Shown: positions 58,240 through 64,000 of the stretch, piece by piece
How positions within the stretch are numbered: position 1 is the stretch's first letter
Layout: the number at the start of each line of letters is the position of its first letter
Translations under genes and position numbers: made by a program
Assembly (NCBI GenBank): GCA_963706575.1
Contig: CAVPNL010000015.1
Location: forward strand, 32,001-96,000
Length of the DNA stretch: 64,000 bases
From: an uncultured delta proteobacterium
GTDB lineage: Bacteria > Desulfobacterota > Desulfobacteria > Desulfobacterales > JAHEIW01
Direction of reading: 5' to 3'
The notes under the pieces: generated by a model
Told to the model about the DNA's origin: nothing
What the model saw: only the letters and a program-made list of their open reading frames with translations
Databases searched by the model: none

Positions 58240-59481
58240 CTATTTGAGTTCAAATTCTTTCATTTTGACCGATTCCGGAAAGACCGCAAACTGCTTTCCG
58301 CTTTTGAATTGAACCACCGGCATGAACCAGTGCTCTGCATCGGTCTGGGGATCCGGATAGGTCTCCGCTGTGTACCGGTATTCTTTCATGATCACTCCAC
58401 CGTCAGCCCAGCCGTAAGTCAGCTTGCCGGTCATCACCTCGTCCTTTATGACCTGCAGGATCGTCTTGCTGGTCAGCTCCCCGTGCTTTTCAATGGCCCT
58501 CTCGGCTATCTTAACAAACATCCCGGCCGCATCGTAAGCGAGGCCACATGCCGAGGGAGTAGGATCAAAACCAAAGTTTTTCTTAATTTTCTTTCTCAGT
58601 GGCTCCGATTTTTCTGTCCAGATCACATTCAAGTCCATGAACCCATCGGATGCCCTGCCGGTGAGCTTGTACCATTCCCCAATCCAGGTCAGGCCGTCCG
58701 CGACAAAAACGCCCTTCAAGCCCACCTCTCTAATCTGCTTGACATAGGCTGAGATAGAGGCTGCTGCCGTGTTGGTGGTCATGACGAGCGGGACGCCCAT
58801 ATCTTTATACCGAGAGATGAGGGGATAAAAATCGGTTTGACCGATCTGGACATAGTCCTCCGCGACAACCTCCCAGCCATATTTCTTGAGGTTATCTTTT
58901 GCTGCGATGATCCAGTCACGTCCCCAATCCGTCTCCTCAGCAGACAAGGCCACTCTCTTGTCTTTAAGCTTCCATTGATTTGTTTTAATCAAATGTTCGA
59001 AGAACTGGTAATATAACACGGTGGACATGGCCGGATATGACCAGAATTTGAGGTGGTATCCCGGAACCTCTTTGATTTTCTCAGTTAGAGGTAAGGCAGC
59101 GGCACCGGTAGTAATATGTGGAATACCATACTTAACCTCCAAATCCGCGCAGGCAATGGCAACTGAGCTGTGCCAGCCGCCAACAACCGCCTGCATGCCC
59201 TTCCTCTCCACGGCCTCGGTGAATGCATTGGCGCCTTTGGCAGGATCACTCTGGCTATCGACCATAATGTGCTCTATCTTGTAGTCGCCAATCTTCCAGC
59301 CAATCTCCTCCATTTTCTGTTTTGTACCAGCCAACTGATTAGCCCCTGACTGAGCGGCCGGACCGGTATATGGACCCATAGTACCCAGTTTGAAAACCTT
59401 TTCCGCGCCAGCATTCATGGCTGCAAACGAAAGCAGAAAAGTTGCAGCGATAAAGATTGATATAAAGCGTTTCTTGCGCAT
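58240..59481 (-). CDS. Liv-type ABC substrate-binding protein
   Basis: Signal peptide MRKKRF...AGA, KLGTMGPYTGPAA, DSQSDP, GGWHSSVA, ETDWG; GGAGG RBS before the ATG at 59481. Confidence 0.9.
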   Translation of the reverse strand: MRKKRFISIFIAATFLLSFAAMNAGAEKVFKLGTMGPYTGPAAQSGANQLAGTKQKMEEIGWKIGDYKIEHIMVDSQSDPAKGANAFTEAVERKGMQAVVGGWHSSVAIACADLEVKYGIPHITTGAAALPLTEKIKEVPGYHLKFWSYPAMSTVLYYQFFEHLIKTNQWKLKDKRVALSAEETDWGRDWIIAAKDNLKKYGWEVVAEDYVQIGQTDFYPLISRYKDMGVPLVMTTNTAAASISAYVKQIREVGLKGVFVADGLTWIGEWYKLTGRASDGFMDLNVIWTEKSEPLRKKIKKNFGFDPTPSACGLAYDAAGMFVKIAERAIEKHGELTSKTILQVIKDEVMTGKLTYGWADGGVIMKEYRYTAETYPDPQTDAEHWFMPVVQFKSGKQFAVFPESVKMKEFELK

Positions 59482-59638
59482 CGTGAATCCTCCTTTTCTG
59501 ATATATCGGTTAATGAAATCGATACTGGGCATCCAGCCACCCCTATTCAAACAGCGATTGAGGGGTGAGGCTGCCAAGCACATTTCTATCCCAATTCAAG
59601 ATCGATAACTATTGTGTGTATCACCTCCTTTGCATCTT

Positions 59639-61060
59639 TCATTCTGCTTTGCGTTGTCTTACATATTCAGCAAGCTTCTTTTCAATCTCTGAATCTATGT
59701 CAGGTTGTACATATTCTGCAAGTCTTTTTTCAAGCAGTGCCGTTGCAGATTCTTTCAGGGTTTTTTTGCCGGCATTATGCCAGGACTCGTAATCCGTGCG
59801 GCTCATTAAGGCGGGCAGGTAAAATTCGGATCGACAGTGCTCGAAGGTCCGATCGTGGGTCAGATATTCACCACCGACGCCGACTTCTTTGATGGCGGGC
59901 AAGTCGATGCGCTCGTCGGTCACATCGAGGGGTTTCAACATCCTGCGCAACATCCCGCATAATTCTTCATCCGCCAGAAATTTTTCGTAACTCATGGCAA
60001 TATAAGACCCCAGAATACCGCAGGCGTGTAAAATGAAATTCGCGCCACTCATAATGGTTTGGGAAAGCGCCAGGGTGGACTCAATACCAGCCTGCATATC
60101 CGGGAAGTGGCCGTCGGTAAGGCCACCGCTGCCCCGGCTGGGCAGACCGTAAAATTGTGCCATCTGCATGGTCGCATTTTGAATCATGGATAGTTCGGGC
60201 GCCCCGATGGCAAGCCCGCCAGTTCTCATCTCGGTTATCGTTGAGGTCGTCCCGTAAATAACCGGCGACCCGGGATTCACCAGCTGCGCCAGAATGATAC
60301 CGGCGAGAACTTCCGCATTCTGAACCGCCAAAAGACCGGGCAGGGTCACCGGTCCGGTGGCGCCGGCTTGCATCAAAAGCGCCACCATGCTGACCTGACC
60401 GTGGCGCGCATATTCGATCAGGGCACCCGCCATTTCAGCGGAATATTGCAGGGGAGAAAGTGAACTGATGATGCCCATAATAACGGGCCGGTCTTGAATT
60501 TTGTCTTTGCCGCCCCAAACGATTGCGGCCATTTCAATCGAATCGATCGCCGCCTGGCGGGATACCGAGCTTCCCAGACAGGGTTTGTCACATAAAACAA
60601 AATTAGAATAAACCTGATCCAGATGCGCGGTCTCGGCCGGTCGATCCGAGGGCTCTACCATCAGGCAGCCGTTCATATCGACGTATTTGGAAGTCTGCAC
60701 CAGCTTGCAGAAATTGTCATAATCTTCCATGACGGCTTCTCTTTGCTCGCCGTCTTTGGTGACCATAAAAGGGCTGCCGTAACCGGGGGCCAGGACCAGG
60801 TGTTGCCCCCCGATGGTAACGCTTTTTGCAGGATTGCGCCCTTCGATCTGAAATTCGGCAGGTGCTGAATTCAGTGCTTTGTCAACCAGGCCTTCGTCGA
60901 TAAACACGACATTGCCATCAACACGCGCGCCGGCGCCACTGAATATTTCCAGTGCTTCGGGCTCATGGAAGGCGACGCCGACATCCTTAAAAATTTCCAG
61001 GGTCGCATGATGGATCTTGTCGAAGTCTTCCTTGCTTAGCAGGTGCATCCGTTCATACAT
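59639..61060 (-). CDS. mttB: MttB-superfamily methyltransferase, non-pyrrolysine (Leu at the Pyl position; MtgB-like)
   Basis: LAPGYGSPF, SLSPLQY, AGATGPVTLPG, GLPSRGSGGLTDG, HACGILGSY..MSYEKF. Confidence 0.92.
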   Translation of the reverse strand: MYERMHLLSKEDFDKIHHATLEIFKDVGVAFHEPEALEIFSGAGARVDGNVVFIDEGLVDKALNSAPAEFQIEGRNPAKSVTIGGQHLVLAPGYGSPFMVTKDGEQREAVMEDYDNFCKLVQTSKYVDMNGCLMVEPSDRPAETAHLDQVYSNFVLCDKPCLGSSVSRQAAIDSIEMAAIVWGGKDKIQDRPVIMGIISSLSPLQYSAEMAGALIEYARHGQVSMVALLMQAGATGPVTLPGLLAVQNAEVLAGIILAQLVNPGSPVIYGTTSTITEMRTGGLAIGAPELSMIQNATMQMAQFYGLPSRGSGGLTDGHFPDMQAGIESTLALSQTIMSGANFILHACGILGSYIAMSYEKFLADEELCGMLRRMLKPLDVTDERIDLPAIKEVGVGGEYLTHDRTFEHCRSEFYLPALMSRTDYESWHNAGKKTLKESATALLEKRLAEYVQPDIDSEIEKKLAEYVRQRKAE

Positions 61061-61179
61061 AGTAGTACCCCCTATCACTATTGGGATAATCTTTTCAAGT
61101 AAATTATAAATTTTATTGTCAGCTAACTATTTGAATGCAAATTATTTTCCAAATTCGAATCTACAAACAAATTTTAATT

Positions 61180-61195
61180 TGCAAGAAAGGCGCCA
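61180..61195 (-). promoter_or_regulatory. Sigma-54 (-24/-12) promoter of the mttB-liv-AOR operon
   Basis: Minus strand TGGCGC-CTTTC-TTGCA. Confidence 0.75.
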
Positions 61196-61323
61196 GCTTT
61201 AATACTTTTATTCAATTTAATGTTATTGGGGGCTTCCATTTGTCAAAACGGTTTTCATCAAATTAAATCAAATTATATCATTAAGTTAAAAGAGAATCGC
61301 TTCGATGTCGCAACCTGGATAGG

Positions 61324-61506
61324 TGATTGGCATTGAATCACGAAAGGTCATTTATTTATTCGTATGATTCAAAAATGCATCACTATCAATCGGCTAGTTC
61401 AAAACGGATATGACACAAGAGCTCGTCATTAATGATTGTTTCTATCCAAAATGAGGACATTATAACGACTTGAAAACCCTAAACTGTGTGATTCAAAAAT
61501 GTATCA
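61324..61506. promoter_or_regulatory. Candidate bEBP binding sites
   Basis: TGATTCAAAAATGCATCA (61365-61382), TGATTCAAAAATGTATCA (61489-61506) and the weaker TGATTGGCATTGAATCA (61324-61340). Confidence 0.65.
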
Positions 61507-61781
61507 TATTTTTAAAAGCCATCTTATTAAAAGTAGATCACAATCACAATTCCCGCACTGAGGACAACGCCGTTTCAACAGTGGGAGCGACATCTTGTCG
61601 CGATATGCGAAAAGCGCAGTCTCGGAGGCTGGATGAGCCTTTAGCCGTTAAAACTTTCCGCCCAATCATTTGACCTGCGGCGCACAAACTGTTACCCAGA
61701 ATATCAAGCACCCCATCATCGCTTGCGATCCCGATCACAAACCCAAATGAACGTTTCCAATATTTACTCAATGAGGATCCC

Positions 61782-63521
61782 ATGGCACAAAAAATAACCC
61801 ACGCCCATATCTTTGCCTCGACCAGCAACGGTGTCATCGCCACCGATGCCAACGGGGACATTGTTTTAATCAACCAGCAGGCGGCAACCATCCTGAAATT
61901 GGATGAAAAAGGTGCCATCGGCTCCCATATCCAGACCGTTTTACCGATGACGGGCCGTCTGGTTACAAAATGCCTGGAAAGTGGCGAGTCTCAATTAGGG
62001 CGCCACATTGTCGGTAAAAAAGTGAGTTTGGTGGTCAGCGTCACGCCCATCCTGGAAGATCAACGTATACTGGGAGCAATGGCTAATTTTCAAAAAATGC
62101 AGGACTTCGAGGACTCTGCCCAGCAGTTGGAATCGTATCGTCGATTGAATGTCCAGCTGGAAGCCATTTTTAAATCTTCCTCGGACGGAATCTGGTTGTG
62201 TGACGGCAACGGAAAAATAATCAAAATTAATGGGGCTTCTGAAAAGATCAACGCTATTAAGGCCAAAGACGTTGTCGGAAAAAATGTGCGTGAAATTGTG
62301 GAAGAAGGTCTGATGGATCGATCGGCAACGCTGGAGGTACTGGAGACCGAACGGCAGGTCAGCCTGCTGCAATACCTCAAAAAGACGAATAAATATTTGC
62401 TGGTTACGGGAACACCGGTATTCGATGAAGACGGGCGCATTTCGCTGGTGGTCGTCAATGAACGCGACATGACCCATCTGAATGTAATGAAAGAAAAGCT
62501 GGATCAAACCCGCATGGAAACGGAAAGATTCAAAGACGAACTGGTCGAGTTAAACCTCCTGGAATTGAAGGAACAGGAAATTATTGCCGAAAGCGAAGAG
62601 ATGCGGCAGGTGTTGAGGGTTGCGGTTAAACTTGCCAAAATGGAGGCCTCGAATATTCTGATTTTGGGTGAAACCGGCACCGGCAAGGGACTTTTGGCGA
62701 AATTCATCCATCAATACAGCCGTCGGCAAAAGAAACCGTTTATCCAGATCAACTGTGCGGCGCTACCTGAGACCCTGTTGGAAGCCGAGCTTTTCGGCTA
62801 CGAAAAAGGGGCCTTTACCGGTGCCCGGGAGCACGGCAAAATCGGCCTTTTTGAACTGGCCCATGAAGGCACCCTTTTTTTAGATGAGATCGGCGACCTG
62901 CCCCTCTCGGTTCAGGCCAAGCTTTTAAAATACCTGGATGACCATGAAATTATGCGCCTGGGCGGCATCAAACCCAAACAGGTTGACTGTACCATCATCG
63001 CGGCCACCAACCGCAACCTCGAAGCCCGCAGCCGGCAACGCAAATTTCGTCAGGATTTGTTTTTCCGGTTAAATACATTTGTAATGCAGATTCCCCCGCT
63101 TAAAGAAAGGCCGGATGACATTTTCGAACTGGTAAATCATTTATTGGCGAAGTATAACCAGCAATACGCACTGCGGCGCCGCATTTCCCCCGGTGCTATG
63201 GAGCAGATAAAATCATATTCGTTTCCCGGCAATGTCCGCGAACTGAAAAACATCATTAAGATGGCGGTCATGATGAGCGAAGCGGATTCATTGGATGACT
63301 ATATTTTGAGAAATTTAAAAACATCCGTTTTTGAACATACCGATTACGCTCAGAAACCCGGCGGCCAGATGAGTTTAATCGAAGAAACGGGCGCTTTTGA
63401 AAAAAGATTATTGCAAAACGCCATGACGGACTTTAAAACGACTCGAGAGATGGCCCGCTTTCTGGGGATAAATCAATCGACCGTCGTCCGCAAAATGAAG
63501 AAACACGATCTTGCTTGGTGA
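61782..63521 (+). CDS. PAS-PAS sigma-54-dependent activator
   Basis: GETGTGK, ELFGYEKGAFTGA, LFLDEIGD, FPGNVREL, HTH; paralogue of 29776-31536. Confidence 0.95.
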   Translation: MAQKITHAHIFASTSNGVIATDANGDIVLINQQAATILKLDEKGAIGSHIQTVLPMTGRLVTKCLESGESQLGRHIVGKKVSLVVSVTPILEDQRILGAMANFQKMQDFEDSAQQLESYRRLNVQLEAIFKSSSDGIWLCDGNGKIIKINGASEKINAIKAKDVVGKNVREIVEEGLMDRSATLEVLETERQVSLLQYLKKTNKYLLVTGTPVFDEDGRISLVVVNERDMTHLNVMKEKLDQTRMETERFKDELVELNLLELKEQEIIAESEEMRQVLRVAVKLAKMEASNILILGETGTGKGLLAKFIHQYSRRQKKPFIQINCAALPETLLEAELFGYEKGAFTGAREHGKIGLFELAHEGTLFLDEIGDLPLSVQAKLLKYLDDHEIMRLGGIKPKQVDCTIIAATNRNLEARSRQRKFRQDLFFRLNTFVMQIPPLKERPDDIFELVNHLLAKYNQQYALRRRISPGAMEQIKSYSFPGNVRELKNIIKMAVMMSEADSLDDYILRNLKTSVFEHTDYAQKPGGQMSLIEETGAFEKRLLQNAMTDFKTTREMARFLGINQSTVVRKMKKHDLAW

Positions 63522-63532
63522 AAGGAAGGATT

Positions 63533-64000
63533 ATGATTATGCGGCTTGATGAAATTGAATTAACGCAAAAGCTGGTTCAAACACCCAGCCTTTCGGGATC
63601 AGAAGGCGCGGTTGCAGATCTAGTCGAGGATGCCATGAATGCACTTGGCTTCCGCAGTGTATTCCGGGATGCGTTGGGCAATGTGGTGGGTGTAGTGGGT
63701 CCTGAAGCGGAAACAACTGCATTGCTATTCGATGCCCACATGGATGTTGTGCCGCCTGCAGGTGAGTGGCGGACGGATCCCTTTGGCGGGGAGATTATTG
63801 ACGGTCGTCTCTACGGTCGGGGTTCGACGGACATGAAGGGCGCGCTTGCGGCCGCCATTTGTGGCGTTGCTACTGCAGCAAAATCCGGCAGCCTCGTTCG
63901 TCAGGTGGCAGTGAGTGCAACAGTTTTGGAGGAAACCCTGGAATGCGTGGCGCTTGGCGCCGTTGTTGAAAACCTGAGGCCCGCACAGGTCGTGATCTGT
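63533..64000 (+). CDS. M20-family metallohydrolase (ArgE/DapE/YgeY-like), 3' truncated; absent from the ORF track
   Basis: Manual translation MIMRLDEIELTQKLVQTPSLSGSE...LLFDAHMDVVP...W..DPFGGEI.DGRLYGRGSTDMKG...SATVLEE. Confidence 0.9.
   Translation, partial: MIMRLDEIELTQKLVQTPSLSGSEGAVADLVEDAMNALGFRSVFRDALGNVVGVVGPEAETTALLFDAHMDVVPPAGEWRTDPFGGEIIDGRLYGRGSTDMKGALAAAICGVATAAKSGSLVRQVAVSATVLEETLECVALGAVVENLRPAQVVIC

Noticed and set aside
1..64000. Pyrrolysine read-through at other TAG codons
   Set aside because: The other TAG-terminated genes reach family-typical length and I saw no homologous continuation past the stop; only 27211-27213 lies inside a conserved domain.
1..64000. tRNA-Pyl, pyl biosynthesis genes, other tRNA/rRNA genes, cobalamin riboswitch
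   Set aside because: No recognisable sequence by eye; a covariance-model scan is needed to exclude them formally.

Overview
This 64 kb window is gene-dense and entirely metabolic. It comes from a strictly anaerobic bacterium; the gene content and intergenic repeats suggest a Desulfobacterota/deltaproteobacterial genome (inference). It is dominated by catabolism of methylated amines and amino-acid-like compounds. It holds four MttB-superfamily methyltransferases and two corrinoid proteins. One MttB (26716-28195, minus strand) has an in-frame TAG at the canonical pyrrolysine position (AGG-O-GDSK) that the ORF track splits; the other three carry Cys, Met or Leu there. Other genes include a GcvT/dimethylglycine-dehydrogenase-like flavoprotein, a DUF1638-hydantoinase fusion, a Liv-type ABC transporter, two tungsten-type aldehyde:ferredoxin oxidoreductases (AOR) and two PAS sigma-54 activators with visible -24/-12 promoters and a shared palindrome. 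Three uncharacterised-looking systems stand out. (1) An IclR-led operon: 2-oxoacid:ferredoxin oxidoreductase, AbfD-like dehydratase, DUF362 protein and amino-acid dehydrogenase. (2) A glycyl-radical enzyme with an atypical GCVVP Cys loop, its activase and a MIF-type tautomerase. (3) An AOR operon containing an ALDH homologue that has lost its catalytic residues. The intergenic DNA is filled with several families of MITE/REP-like elements, some nested inside one another and many overlapping gene stop codons. Four genes carry single +1 frameshifts, most likely sequencing errors. No rRNA, tRNA, CRISPR array or transposase was seen.
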